The position numbers and the translations under genes are program-made. From NCBI RefSeq assembly GCF_004010195.1, contig NC_057718.1:35478161-35541471 (forward strand): a stretch of DNA of 63,311 nucleotides, read 5' to 3'. Numbering within the stretch: the first letter of the stretch is position 1; each line of letters opens with the position of its first letter. Shown piece after piece: positions 35,261 to 48,526 of this stretch. A model generated the notes under the pieces. It did not search any database and had not been told where the DNA came from. It saw nothing but the letters and a program-made list of their open reading frames with translations. The DNA comes from Chiloscyllium plagiosum. Lineage: Eukaryota.

Positions 35261-38200
35261 TTTGTAGATTCTAATTAATTATCTGAGGAGTTGCAAATGA
35301 GCTAGGACTAGCAAATATTCTCAGTTCTAATCTAAAGGTATTGGCACACAGTCGAGTTGGGGTAGAAGGCAAGGCCATTGATGAAATAACTCAATATGGC
35401 TGGGTCTAATATATTACCCTGAGAATGTTTAATATTGTACAGTTAAAGATGAGAAAGAGGCTGGAAAAAGTCACCTACTAGAGACATATAAGTTAATCAA
35501 TCTGCTCAAACAACTTAAAGGCATGGAATCTTAGAATAGTTGCATCAAAAAGAATCCTATTCAGCCCTTCTTGTCTGTGCTGGCTCTCTGCAAGAATACA
35601 GCTAGTCCCACATTCCTGCCCTTTCTGAGTAGCCTGCAATTTTACTTCAAATTTTTATTCAATTCTCTTTTGTAAGCCCAACTCGGAACTCACTCCACCA
35701 GAACCAAGGGTGGTGTTTTAAAATGAAGGATTTCCATTTTAGGATAGAGATGAGGTAAATATTTTTCTGCGCAGCTTTAGAATTCTCTGCATCAAGAGGC
35801 AGGATCATTGAATATTTTTAAGGCTAAGGTAGGTAGATTCTTGTTAGGCAAGGAACCAAAGGTTATTGGGAGTATGGAATCCCTGTGTCACTTTTTGTTT
35901 TTCTACCAGTCATCTGAATTCAAAATCATCTACTTATTAACCCTTCTGACAATGGGAACAGTTTCACTTCATTTACTCTGTCCAGACTCCTCGTGACATT
36001 GAACACCTCTATGAAATCTCATCTCAGCACTTTGAAGGACAGTAGTCTCACCTTCTGCAATCCATCAAGATAACTGAAGTCCCTCATCTCTGGAACAATT
36101 CTCATAAATCTATTTGCAGCCTTTACATTACTGATGCATTTTTCTGAATGTGTGGTGCCCAGAATTGGACACAATATTTCATATGAGGACAAATCAGTAT
36201 TGTTTTTTATTTAGGTTCACCATGGCTGCTTAGTTTTTTGTACATTATGCCCCCTACTTACAAAATCCAATAATCCCATCTGTCATGTTAACTATTTTCT
36301 CAACCTGCTCTGCCATCTTCAATCATTTCTGTATATCTTCCTTAAGATTCCTCTATTCCTGCTTCCTGAGTGCAGAGGATTTATTATAACTATCATAGCT
36401 ATTACAATTCAACTTCTGGTAACGCATTTATTTAAAAGGACAGGTAGGGGAAAAGTAACAATCTAATCTGAAACTCGAAAAGGTTCAGAAAGGATTTACA
36501 AGAATGTTGCCAGGGCTGGAGGGTTTGAGCTATTGGGAGAGGCTGACTTGGCTGGGGCTGTTTTCCCTGGAGCATTGGAGGCAGACGGGTGACTTTGTAG
36601 AGGTTTATAAAATCATGAGGGGCATGGATAGGGTAAACAGAGAAGGTCTTCTCCCTGGGGTAGGGAGTCCAGAACTAGAGGGCATAGGTTTAGGGTGAGG
36701 GCGGAAAGATTTAAAAGAGACCTATGGGGCAACTTTTTCATGGGGAGGGTGGAGATTGATCTGCCAGAGGAAGTAGTGGAGGCTGGTACAATTACAACAT
36801 TAAAAAGGCATCTGGATGAGCATATGACTAAGAGCGGCTTAGAGGGATATGTGCTAAGTGCTGACAAATGGGACTAGATTAATTTAGGGTATCTGGTCGG
36901 CATGGATGAGTTGGACCTAATGGTCTGTTTCTGTGCTGTATATCTCTACAACTGCATGACTCTATGGTAGTACCACTGAATGTTAAGGGGGATGGATAGA
37001 CTCTTCTTGCATTGCTTAGTACTTGTATGGTATGAATGTTACTTGTCACTTGCTAAGCCTGAACATTATCCAGGTTTTGTGTTATGTAAGCTCAGACATC
37101 TTAATTATGTTTTAGGTTGTAAGTTTACTTGCTGAGTTGGAAGATTTGTTCTCAGACATTTTGTCACCATGCTAGATAACATCATCAGTGAGCCTCTGTT
37201 GAAGCGCTGGTGTTCTGCCCTACTTGCTATTTATGTCTATTGTGTGGGTGATATCACCTCCAGTTCTGTTTCTGAGAGGTTGGTAAATGGTGTCCAAGTT
37301 GACATGGGGTTTGCTAATGGAGTTACAGTTTGAATGCCAGGCCATCAGGACTTTCTGTGCATGTCTTTATTTAGCCTGTTCCAGGATGGATGTATTGTCC
37401 CAGTCGAACTGGTGTCTCTCTTTGTCTGTTTGCATGGATACCAGTGATAGTTGGTCATGTCTTTTGGTGGCTAGTTGGTGCTCATGTATCCTGGTGGATA
37501 ATTTCCTGCCCATATGTCTAATGTAATGTTTCTTGCAGTCCTTGCAGGTTATGTATAGACAGAACTTGGATAGAACATAGAAACGTACAGCACAGAACAG
37601 GCCATTTGGCCCATGATGCTGTGCCGAAATTTAATCCTAATGTAAAATATAGTAATTTAACCTACACACCCCTCAACTCACTGCTATCCATGTGCATGTC
37701 CAGGAGTCGCTTAAATGTCTCCAATGACTCTGCTTCCACCACTACAGCTAGCAATGCATTCCATGCATTCACAACTCTCTGCTTAAAGAACCTACCTCTG
37801 ACATCTCCTTTATACCTTCCTCTTAATATGACATTCATTCTGCTGGTTGTTGGTACAGGGTACTTTAAATTCATCAGGAACTGTTTCAGTGTGGTGGTGG
37901 CTTTGTGGGCTACCAAGATGCCCAGGGGCCGGAGTATCTGGTTGTCATCTCCAAGATGTCTTTGATGTATGGCAGGTTGGCTAGAGTTTCTGGGCATGTT
38001 TTCTTGTTTAGGTCTGTTGTGCAGGAATCAGCAGATTGCGGTTATCGGGAACCTGAGGTTGTCTAAGTGTTTTTCCTCAGCTTCTCATAGTTCCTGGCTG
38101 CTGCAGTGTGTTGCTGCTCATTTAAATAATTTCCTGATGCAGCTCCTTTTTTGGGTGTTGGGATGATTGCTCCTGTAGTTGAGTATCTGGTTAGGCTTTC

Positions 38201-40429
38201 CTGTAAGTGCTGGTCTGCAGCTCTCCATTGGCTTTTCGTTCTACCATGACATCTAGGAAGGGGAGTCTGCTGTGGTTCTCTTCCTCTTTGGTGAATGTTA
38301 TACCGGTAAGGATGTTTTTAGATTACTTACAGTGTGGAAACAGGTCCTTTGGCCCAACAAGTCCACACTGACCCTCCAAAGAGCAACCCACCCAGACCCA
38401 TTCCCCTACATTTACCCCTTCACCTAACACTACGGGCAATTTAGCATGGGCCAATTCACCTAACCTGCACATCTTTGGACTGTGGGAGGAAATCCACGCA
38501 GGCACGTGGAGAATATGCAAACTTCACACAGACAGTTGCCCAAAGCAGGAATTGAACCCAGGTGCTTGGCGCTGTGAGGCAGCAGTGCTAACCATTGCAC
38601 AACCATCCCGCCTGTTTGTTTGTTTGTATGTGTGTTTGTGGGTTTGTTCTAATTTGATGTGTTTCATGATGTCAAAGGTGTCAACCATATAACAGACCCA
38701 CAGCTTGTGGTGGATCGTGGGGCGGACTGTTCGTTCTAACCTCTGCATAACTGCTTCTGCTAAAAGTCCTGATGATCCCATAGGTGACCCGTTGATTTGT
38801 TTGTAGATTCTAATTAATTATCTGAGGAGTTGCAAATGAGCTAGGACTAGCAAATATTCTCAGTTCTAATCTAAAGGTATTGGCACACAGTCGAGTTGGG
38901 GTAGAAGGCAAGGCCATTGATGAAATAACTCAATATGGCTGGGTCTAATATATTACCCTGAGAATGTTTAATATTGTACAGTTAAAGATGAGAAAGAGGC
39001 TGGAAAAAGTCACCTACTAGAGACATATAAGTTAATCAATCTGCTCAAACAACTTAAAGGCATGGAATCTTAGAATAGTTGCATCAAAAAGAATCCTATT
39101 CAGCCCTTCTTGTCTGTGCTGGCTCTCTGCAAGAATACAGCTAGTCCCACATTCCTGCCCTTTCTGAGTAGCCTGCAATTTTACTTCAAATTTTTATTCA
39201 ATTCTCTTTTGTAAGCCCAACTCGGAACTCACTCCACCAGAACCAAGGGTGGTGTTTTAAAATGAAGGATTTCCATTTTAGGATAGAGATGAGGTAAATA
39301 TTTTTCTGCGCAACTTTAGAATTCTCTGCATCAAGAGACAGGATCATTGAATATTTTTAAGGCTAAGGTAGGTAGATTCTTGTTAGGCAAGGTTATTGGG
39401 CGTATGGAATCCCTGTGTCACTTTTTGTTTTTCTACCAGTCATCTGAATTCAAAATCATCTACTTATTAACCCTTCTGACAATGGGAACAGTTTCACTTC
39501 ATTTACTCTGTCCAGACTCCTCGTGACATTGAACACCTCTATGAAATCTCATCTCAGCACTTTGAAGGACAGTAGTCTCACCTTCTGCAATCCATCAAGA
39601 TAACTGAAGTCCCTCATCTCTGGAACAATTCTCATAAATCTATTTGCAGCCTTTACATTACTGATGCATTTTTCTGAATGTGTGGTGCCCAGAATTGGAC
39701 ACAATATTTCATATGAGGACAAATCAGTATTGTTTTTTATTTAGGTTCACCATGGCTGCTTAGTTTTTTGTACATTATGCCCCCTACTTACAAAATCCAA
39801 TAATCCCATCTGTCATGTTAACTATTTTCTCAACCTGCTCTGCCATCTTCAATCATTTCTGTATATCTTCCTTAAGATTCCTCTATTCCTGCTTCCTGAG
39901 TGCAGAGGATTTATTATAACTATCATAGCTATTACAATTCAACTTCTGGTAACGCATTTATTTAAAAGGACAGGTAGGGGAAAAGTAACAATCTAATCTG
40001 ATATAAAATGTTACTTGGGACTTGCACTGTCTGGATATCTAGTCTCTTGCAAAATTGAATATGACAAAGGATAGTGTTCAAAATACATGGGGGTGGCAGG
40101 CAGGCCCATTCCTGAAATGCCCAGGAAAATCTACTTACGATCAGAAAAGCCACCCCAATGAATAAAAGGGAAGAAAATAGTGGGTTGCACCCCCATTTAA
40201 AAAAATTGTTTCTAATGTGTTTGTTGACATAGTGATCCTTTTTGCAGCAAAAGTGTCACAATGAACCTACAAGCAGTAAGAATCGAAGCAAATCAACCTG
40301 TAATTGGAGTAATGAGATGAGTGGCAGCAATCAACAAAGCCAGAGGAAATAGGAGTGGAACGGGGACTGAGACTCAGGAGTGAGCTGGGCACAAGAGAGT
40401 GAGGCTGCAAAATTGAGGTGAGGAACTCT

Positions 40430-40950
40430 AATTGTACAAAGGATGAAGAAGTGGTCTCCCTCCTATAGGAAAGATGTTGTGAAACTTGAAAGGGCTCATA
40501 AAAGATTTACAAGAATGCTGCCAGGGCTGAAGGGTTTGAGCGATAGTGAGAGGCTGAATAGGCTGAATAGGGTGGAGATGTTTTCCCTGGAGCTGAGGGA
40601 TGACCTTATAGAGGTTTATAAAATCATGAGAGGCATGAAGATAAATAGATAAGGTCTTTTCCCTGGGGTGGGGGAGTCCAGAACTGGAGGGCATAAACTT
40701 AGGGTGAGAGGGGAAAGATATAAAAGGGACCTAAGGGGCAACTTTTTCAGAGTGTGGTGCATGCATGGAATGAGCTGCCGGAGGAAGAGATAGAGGCTAG
40801 TACAAATTACAGCATTTAAAATGCATCTGGATGGGTTTAGAGGGATATGGGCCAAGTGCTGGCAAATGAGACGAGATTAGGTTGGGATATCTGGTTGACA
40901 TGGACGAGTTGGACTGATAGGTCTATTACCATGCTGTATGTGCCTATCTC
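40430..40950 (+). mobile_element. CR1 LINE 3' portion
   Basis: WSPSYRKDVVKLER..KRFTRMLPGL; DLIEVYKIMRG. Confidence 0.8.
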
Positions 40951-41129
40951 TATTTATCCAGTACTTCCCCTTTACCAATGTTTAGCCCACTCTGTGCCTC
41001 AGCTAACGTCTTTTGCACTATGAATTTGGCATCATCTCCTCCTGTAAGAACAGATGTGGAGTCCTAATTTAGCCCTGTATCTCTATAAGTCCCTTTTTGG
41101 TTGCTACATGACCTCAATTCTCCTTTTGC

Positions 41130-41312
41130 TACCAAAGGAAGTGGTGGAGGCTAGTACAATTGCAACATTTAAGAGGCATTTGGATGGGTATATGAATAGG
41201 AAGGGTTTGGAGAGATATTGGCTGGGTGCTGGCAGGTGGGACTAAATTGGGTTGGGATATCTGGTCGACATGGACCAAAGGGTCTGTTTCTATGCTGTAC
41301 ATCTCTATGACT
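41130..41312 (+). mobile_element. CR1 LINE 3' end
   Basis: PKEVVEASTIATFKRHLDGYMNRKGLE; CATCTCTATGACT tail. Confidence 0.8.
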
Positions 41313-42639
41313 ATTTTATTTTGTATATGCCTGCAGAAGAGTTTTGGAATCTCTTTCATGTTAGTTGATAGTCTTTCCTCAAATATTCTTTATTAACTTA
41401 CTTTTACCAATTTTTTCACTTCCCCAATGAACTTTCCATATTCAGCCTGCTTTTGCACTTGTGTTAACAACCTGACATATATCATTAAATGCATTTTTCC
41501 TACCCTCTTTTGACTGAACTTTATGCTGGAACTTGGTTTCTGCCCCATTCACCAATGTAAACGTCAATGGTAAGCTAGCATCCATTGACCTAGCTTGCCC
41601 CACGGCCATTTTATGGCAATGGACTGTTAATTGGCTCAGTGAGCCTGGATCAGAGAGCAAGTTCCACCTCAAGCCATACAGAGCACTAGAGCTCTATCCC
41701 AGCAGCATCAGTGGTCACTGCTGAATGTCAGATAGTTCCATGGGAAGATGCCAATGGAGTTTCAACATAAATGTAAGTCTACCTGGAACAAAATTGGCAG
41801 GGCCCATTGAGGGAGAGTACTAACTGAAGGAGCTTGTCATTATGGGTTGGGGTTGGCTTTGGGTAAAATCTGGGGAGGCAGATTTTTCCAGGAGGCCTCT
41901 AATATGCAAATGGTGCCCAAATTGAGGCAACGTCATGTTCCAATTGGCCATGGGTCAGCAATTTGGACACTTGGTGTTGGCCTACCCAACCAATGGTAGA
42001 ATCCCAGCAGTGGCAAGAGTAGGCTCTTAGGTCATCATTAATTGAAAAAAATTGCAATAGGAGTGGGCATAAGCAGGTAAGATGCAGGCACAACGCTATT
42101 ACAATAATGCTCAATTCAATGGACTGTGCTTATGATCCTGTGTGAGAGGGATAGCTGTATAATTTCAGCCTTTTCTTTATGTCAGTGAGTTTTGTCCAAT
42201 CTTCCTCTCTCTAGATGTGTACCTCAACGATACCCAAATCCACTCTTTATAGATACATTTACTGTTCCATTACAGTTTTGCCTGCCATTCTTTGATTCAA
42301 GTATTATTTCATAATTGCACCCTTTTTTATGCTGCTGTACTATTTTCTGGCCCAACAAGAATCCACCAAACACCAACTAAGATTGCCAATTTCATGTCTG
42401 GTGTTATATTGATGCACTCACAATCCCAACTGGGTGACGCAATTCGAATTAATTTAAATAGTGAGCAAGGCTCCAGTGCTTCCAGCCTTCAGTTTGAGTT
42501 GGATTCAAATTCAGATCAAAGAAGAGTGAGTTGGTCAATAATTCCAACTATTTAATTAATTTTCACTGATTTCTAACAGCCTACCTAGTGTAAATACACT
42601 AACCAATTCTGTACTGAGAAGGCAAATGTTTAAAAAATC

Positions 42640-43590
42640 TAAATATAGACAGGCAGGAGTTGGTGGCAGGAACCAGTGAAAGGGAGACAGAGGGGCTGGG
42701 AAGGGAGTCGGAGATGGGAAGGGAGGTTATTTGAAATTGGAGAACACAGTATTGAGTCTTCTGGGCCGTAGGCTGCCCAGGTGGAAGATGAGGTATTGTT
42801 CCTCCAATTTGCAGTGTGCTGCATTGCGGCAATGGAGGAGGCCAAGGATGGTCATTTTGGAAAGGGAATGGGAAGGGGAATTGAAATGGGTGGTGACTGG
42901 GATGTCCAGTTGGCCCCTGCGTACCTGGCTGCAATGCTCAATGAACCATTCTCTAAGTTTATGTTCGGTCTCCCCGATGTAGAGGATACCACATCGGGAG
43001 CATGTGATAGTAAACTAGATTGGAAGAGTGGCAGGTGAACCTCTGTCTCACCTGGAAGGACTGTTTGAGGCCCTGGATGGAGGTGAGGGGCATGGTGTAT
43101 CGGCAGGATCTGCATCTTTTCTGGTTGCAGGGGAAGGTGGGTGGGGGAGTGATGCAAACCAAGGACTGGTTGAAGGTAATGGTCCTTGTTGAAGGTAGAG
43201 AGGGGTGGGGAGGGGAAGATATTCTTTGTGGTGGGGTCTAGTTGGAGTTGGCGGAAGTTTTAAAGGATGATGCGTTGGATGTGGAGACTGGTGGAGTGTT
43301 AGATGAGGACAAGGGGGTATCTGTCTTTATTGCGTTGTTGGAGGTTTTGGAGCTGTGGATCGGGGAATGGAGGTGGTGCAGTGGAGGGCTGTCTGGATGA
43401 TAGAGGGAGGAAAAGCACATTGTTTGAAATAGGTGGACATCTGGGATGCTCGCGAGTGGAATGTCTCTTCCTCCGAGCAGATGCGGCAGAGGCGAAGGAA
43501 TTGGGAGAATGGGATGGAGTTCTTGTAGGATACTGGATGAGGAGGTGTAGTCCAGTTAGTTATGGGAGTCTGTGGGTTTGTAGTAAACGT
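42640..43590 (-). mobile_element. Penelope-like element, GIY-YIG endonuclease region (decayed)
   Basis: TFPCNQKRCRSC...QSFQVRQRFTCHSSNLVY peptide typical of Penelope endonucleases. Confidence 0.75.
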
Positions 43591-44407
43591 CTTTTTTGTC
43601 TGTAAAAAAAATCTAATTATTAATTCAGCATCAGAAAGTAGAATAGAATAGAATATCCTTTGTTGTCATGTATACTCAAGTATGGAAGTCGCTGAGTACA
43701 GTGAAAAGTTTATAATGTTGCCTCACATGACGCCATCTTGGGTACAGATTACGTAAGTGCAGATCTTAGATACAAAATAGAGAAATAAAGGAAAAATAAG
43801 GGAGAAAAAAGTTACATTACTTAGTTTATCACATGGCTAGAAAAATGAAACCAAAAATCTGCCTTGATACTGTTTGCATTATTGAGCAAGACCATCAGAT
43901 TTGCAATGAAGCATACTCTCCTAAGGTCATTACAGTTTTAGAACTGCAGAGATTTGTAATAATAAGCTGGTGTGTTAAAGCTTTTCCAACGATGAAGGCT
44001 TAAACATATTCTGTACTGCAAACCGCTCAGAATACATTTCAGATACTGCTTTTTGTTGTGTAAACTCAATTTTTCGACACAGATTGGTATTTTTTGAGCT
44101 CCATTCCCCAAAAAGTAAATAAACAGAACGGTTTAAATGCTAAAAAGTAGAACATTGCGAATGAATAATATATTTATTAATATGTTTAACATTAACATTA
44201 CCGGTAATATTGCAGTGCCGGGGGGAAGAGGGACTGGTCGTATCTTTAGTTGCGGGATTTATTTATCACTTTCAAAATAATTCTTCCCCCAAAAACAGAG
44301 GGTTTTAATTTGAGTTAGTAGTGAATTTGGAGTTGGAGGGAGGTTTGCGGGGGGCGGGGGGGATGTGGTGGGAGCGGTGATTTTCATTGCTTTTTCGGGT
44401 TGCCTAT

Positions 44408-44411
44408 AAAA
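44408..44411 (-). terminator. RNA polymerase III terminator (TTTT)
   Basis: T4 run beginning 5 nt downstream of the tRNA discriminator base on the minus strand. Confidence 0.7.
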
Positions 44412-44415
44412 CATG

Positions 44416-44508
44416 TGCTCCAGGTGAGGCTCGAACTCACAACCTCGGCATGGCTCACTCTGTACTGTCATATAAGTACCGCGCGCTAACCGATTGCGCC
44501 ACTGGAGC
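44416..44508 (-). tRNA. TRI-TAT: tRNA-Ile, anticodon TAT, with 19-nt intron (44452-44470)
   Basis: GCTCCAGTGGCGCAATCGGTTAGCGCGCGGTACTTATA[tgacagtacagagtgagcc]ATGCCGAGGTTGTGAGTTCGAGCCTCACCTGGAGCA; exons match vertebrate tRNA-Ile(TAT), intron at the canonical 37/38 position, acceptor stem pairs. Confidence 0.97.
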
Positions 44509-44959
44509 TCTGACATCAACGCCCGAGAAATGTCCCATCTACCCTCGGCCTGGAGGGAAGCGACAGCTTTCCTTCTCCTTCCCCTCCCCACCCCCGCTCC
44601 GAAGGCCGAGAGCCGCTTGTCGAGCGAGCGTCATCCGCCTCGCGCGGCCACCACCCTCAGGCCCCGGCTCCGGGCCAGGCCTCCCCGCCCTGCACCGACA
44701 CTGATCAGTCCCCGCCTCACAGGCCTCAGGCCACACCGAGGGAAGGTAGGCGAGAGCAGGGCGAAAATATTCAGGCTGAAATGTTTCGGCTTTCTCAGTG
44801 ATGTTTTCCTTCTTTCACCTTCGAACCCCTCCCCCAAATAAAAATGAGAGAAAAAGACCCGGGACAAAGGGCCACAATCCCTGCCCCAATAACAGCCATG
44901 AACAGGAGGGTCTGTGCTAGAGGGGAGTGGAGACAGAGTCTGCACAGAGCAACTGGGGA

Positions 44960-46170
44960 AGGGGTAGGAATGAGGGGGATACAGTGTCTATACTGGGGGA
45001 GGAAGGGGGTTGCAGTGNNNNNNNNNNNNNNNNNNNNNNNNNNNNNNNNNNNNNNNNNNNNNNNNNNNNNNNNNNNNNNNNNNNNNNNNNNNNNNNNNNN
45101 NNNNNNNNNNNNNNNNNNNNNNNNNNNNNNNNNNNNNNNNNNNNNNNNNNNNNNNNNNNNNNNNNNNNNNNNNNNNNNNNNNNNNNNNNNNNNNNNNNNN
45201 NNNNNNNNNNNNNNNNNNNNNNNNNNNNNNNNNNNNNNNNNNNNNNNNNNNNNNNNNNNNNNNNNNNNNNNNNNNNNNNNNNNNNNNNNNNNNNNNNNNN
45301 NNNNNNNNNNNNNNNNNNNNNNNNNNNNNNNNNNNNNNNNNNNNNNNNNNNNNNNNNNNNNNNNNNNNNNNNNNNNNNNNNNNNNNNNNNNNNNNNNNNN
45401 NNNNNNNNNNNNNNNNNNNNNNNNNNNNNNNNNNNNNNNNNNNNNNNNNNNNNNNNNNNNNNNNNNNNNNNNNNNNNNNNNNNNNNNNNNNNNNNNNNNN
45501 NNNNNNNNNNNNNNNNNNNNNNNNNNNNNNNNNNNNNNNNNNNNNNNNNNNNNNNNNNNNNNNNNNNNNNNNNNNNNNNNNNNNNNNNNNNNNNNNNNNN
45601 NNNNNNNNNNNNNNNNNNNNNNNNNNNNNNNNNNNNNNNNNNNNNNNNNNNNNNNNNNNNNNNNNNNNNNNNNNNNNNNNNNNNNNNNNNNNNNNNNNNN
45701 NNNNNNNNNNNNNNNNNNNNNNNNNNNNNNNNNNNNNNNNNNNNNNNNNNNNNNNNNNNNNNNNNNNNNNNNNNNNNNNNNNNNNNNNNNNNNNNNNNNN
45801 NNNNNNNNNNNNNNNNNNNNNNNNATAATGGGGAGGAAGGGGGTTGCAGTGTCTATACTGGGAGAGGGGGGGTTACATTGTCAACAACTGGAGTGGAGGA
45901 GTGTGCAGTATTGATAATTGGGGGATGAGGGGTCTGCAGTTAGGAGGACGGGTCTGGAATGTTTACATTGGAGGGGAGAAAGTATCAGCAGTGTCTACAA
46001 GACAGCGGCTGAAATGTCTACAATGGGATGCAGTGAGATAGTCTGCAATATCTACAGTGGGGGAGAAGGGGTCCACATGAAGGAATGGTAGGGGGAGGGG
46101 ATTACTGTGACCACACTGAGGGACAACTATATCTATAATGGGGAGAGGGAATGAGGGGGTTGCAATGGGT
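44960..46170. repeat. G-rich ~31-bp minisatellite spanning an assembly gap (N 45018-45824)
   Basis: GGGGAGGAAGGGGGTTGCAGTG(TCTATACTGG) on both sides of the gap, with degenerate copies downstream. Confidence 0.6.
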
Positions 46171-47003
46171 ATATGGGAAGGCTACTTCACTCTCCTGTCC
46201 AGCTTGGTGTCTCTGAGCTGTTGGCTATGAGATGATACATGATATGAAATACAGCCAAGCCTGCTGACAGTGGGGCACAGGCACACCCAGAGAAACCAAA
46301 GAGGGTTTGTTTTGTTGTAGCAAGATTTAAAGCACCAAAGGAGGCCCTTCAGCCCATTGTGCTCACACTGATTATAATAGAACTATTCAATCTCATCCCA
46401 GCTCCACGCAACTCTTGGTCTGTAACCCTGTGGTATATTTGTTATAGATATGGTGAAGGTTTCTGCCTCTTACAAACCTTTCAGGCAGAGTTCCAGATCT
46501 GTGTCACCCACCGGATGAAAGAAAACTACTTTTCAATTCTGGATGCCTTTCCCACTCCTCATTGTCGAAGCCACTTTGTACGTTAAAGGGCTAATTAACA
46601 TTGTGAGCTAAATCTGCCATCAGGATAAAAGGACTGCACCTCTGAGGTGTGAGTTCAGTAAAGCTCTATGTATATGAAAGTTAATGTGTACTTTTAAGTC
46701 TAGCTCGAGGGCTCACAAGGGCCTATCCTGTAACTCAGATGTAATGTAATTAGCTATTGAAAAGTTTGTAATACAGCTGTTTAGTTTATCAAGATTGAGC
46801 CTGTCCTGTGTCAAAACCTTTATGTGGGGCATTGCTCCCCATTTAATATCAGTAACATAAGACTAATGCAATTAAGAATAATTTGTGGCAGTGAATCTGC
46901 CTCAAACACATCATTGGTACTAGTGGAAATTAGCACATGTACCATGGCAGCAACAGATGGGCACCATTCTCACATATAAAATGCTATGAAGTGGAAGAGT
47001 GGT

Positions 47004-48526
47004 ATTGGACTGGGGTGGACCAAGTTAAAATTAACACGCCAGGTTATAGTCCAACAGGTTTATTTGGAAGAACTAGCTTTCACAGTGCTGTTCCTTCATC
47101 AGATAGTTGTGGACCATAAGAATTTATAGCATAAGAGTGCAGTGTCATGCAACTGAAATGATATATTGAACAAACCTAGATTGCTGTTTCGCCTTTCATC
47201 TTTTAGAATGGGGTGCAGGTTTCAGTTCATTCATATGTAAATCCCAGAACGTCTTTTAAGTCACATTCTCAAGATAACTTCAGGTTTTATAAAAAACGGT
47301 GACATCTCAGCTCATTAAAGGTGTGATGTTAGAGTCTGTCTGTATCCCAATCTTGAGTCAAGCTGTTTCTATTTCCAAAGATGAATTTAGAAAATATTAC
47401 TTGGATTGACTGCCTGCAGGTTGTATATTGTTTGAGCAAAATGCCACCATTACACTTGGGGACACCACCACCGTGTACACGACAAGTACTCATGTGCCTC
47501 GGCCATTGTTGTCTATCTCATATGCTGCAGGCAGGGATACCCCGAGGCATGGTACACTGGCAACACCAAGCAGATGCTACGACAACGTATGAATGGATAC
47601 TGCGCAACAGTCACCAGGTTGGGATGTTCCCTCCCAGTTGGGGAACACTTCAGTGGTCAGGGACATTGGGCCTCGGATCTTCAGGTGACCATCCTCCAAG
47701 GCAGACTTCAGTACAGGCAACAACACAAAGTGGCCGAGCAGAGACTGATAGCCAAGTTTGGTACCTATGAGGATGGCCTCAACCAGGACCTTGAGTTCAT
47801 GTCATACTACAGGTGACCCCACTACACGATACATAGTCTCACATACACACAGTCTCTCATACACACACACATAGACCCCCCCCCCAACACTCTGACCCAT
47901 GCACAGACCCTCTTACAGGCTTATACCCCATCACACACATGCACTCTTTACCAAGCTTGCACACACTTACGTGCACTCACACTCACAAGCACACACTTGC
48001 TCTCTCTGTATCCTGCAAGCGCGCACACATATAAGTCAATGGGGTGAATTTGTATTTGCAGAATTATATTTACAGATGCATTCTAATTTGCTCAAAAATA
48101 GCACAACCTGCAGGCAGTCAATCTATGTAATATTTTGTAAATTCCACTTTGGAAATAGAACCAGTCTGACTCAAGATTGGAATACAGACAAACTCTAACC
48201 CCTCACCTTTAATGCATTGTCTGAGCTGAGACGTCACTTTTTTTAATAAAACCTTAAGCTATCTTGAGAATGTGACTTAAAAGAAGTTTGTGGATTTACA
48301 TATTAATGAACTGAAACCTGCAATCCATTCTAAAAAATGAAAAACTTAACAACAATCTCAGCTTGTTCAATATATCATTTCAGTTGCATGACACTGTAAT
48401 CTTTTGCTATAAATTCTATGTCTTATGGACTTGCTTCACAACTACATGATGAACGAGCAGCGCTCTGAAAGCTAGTGTTTCCAAATAAACCTGTTGGACT
48501 ATAACCTGGTGTTGTGTGATTTTTAA
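47004..48526 (+). mobile_element. 5'-truncated Penelope-like element with inverted 5' pLTR and direct 3' pLTR (family B)
   Basis: 47004-47443 is the reverse complement of ~48080-48526; between them a GIY-YIG C-terminal fragment (LRQRMNG...PVGEHFS...AEQRLIAKFGTYEDGLNQD) and a CA-rich tract. Confidence 0.8.

Larger units (their letters stand above)
32930..40001. repeat. Tandem duplication, ~3.54-kb unit (32930-36468 and 36469-40001)
   Basis: Identical ORFs recur at an offset of 3539; only a few differences seen by eye. Confidence 0.95.
44330..44800. promoter_or_regulatory. CpG island / candidate promoter
   Basis: Only strongly GC- and CpG-rich non-repeat tract; GC boxes GGGGCGGGG (~44351) and CCCCGCCC (~44683); + strand donor GAAG|GTAGGC at 44745/44746. 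Confidence 0.65.

Noticed and set aside
44259..44945. Several overlapping Arg/Pro/Gly-rich ORFs
   Set aside because: By-product of high GC content across the tRNA and CpG island; no protein similarity recognised.
44844..45928. Long ORFs of 272-356 aa in the track
   Set aside because: Composed of X residues from an N gap.
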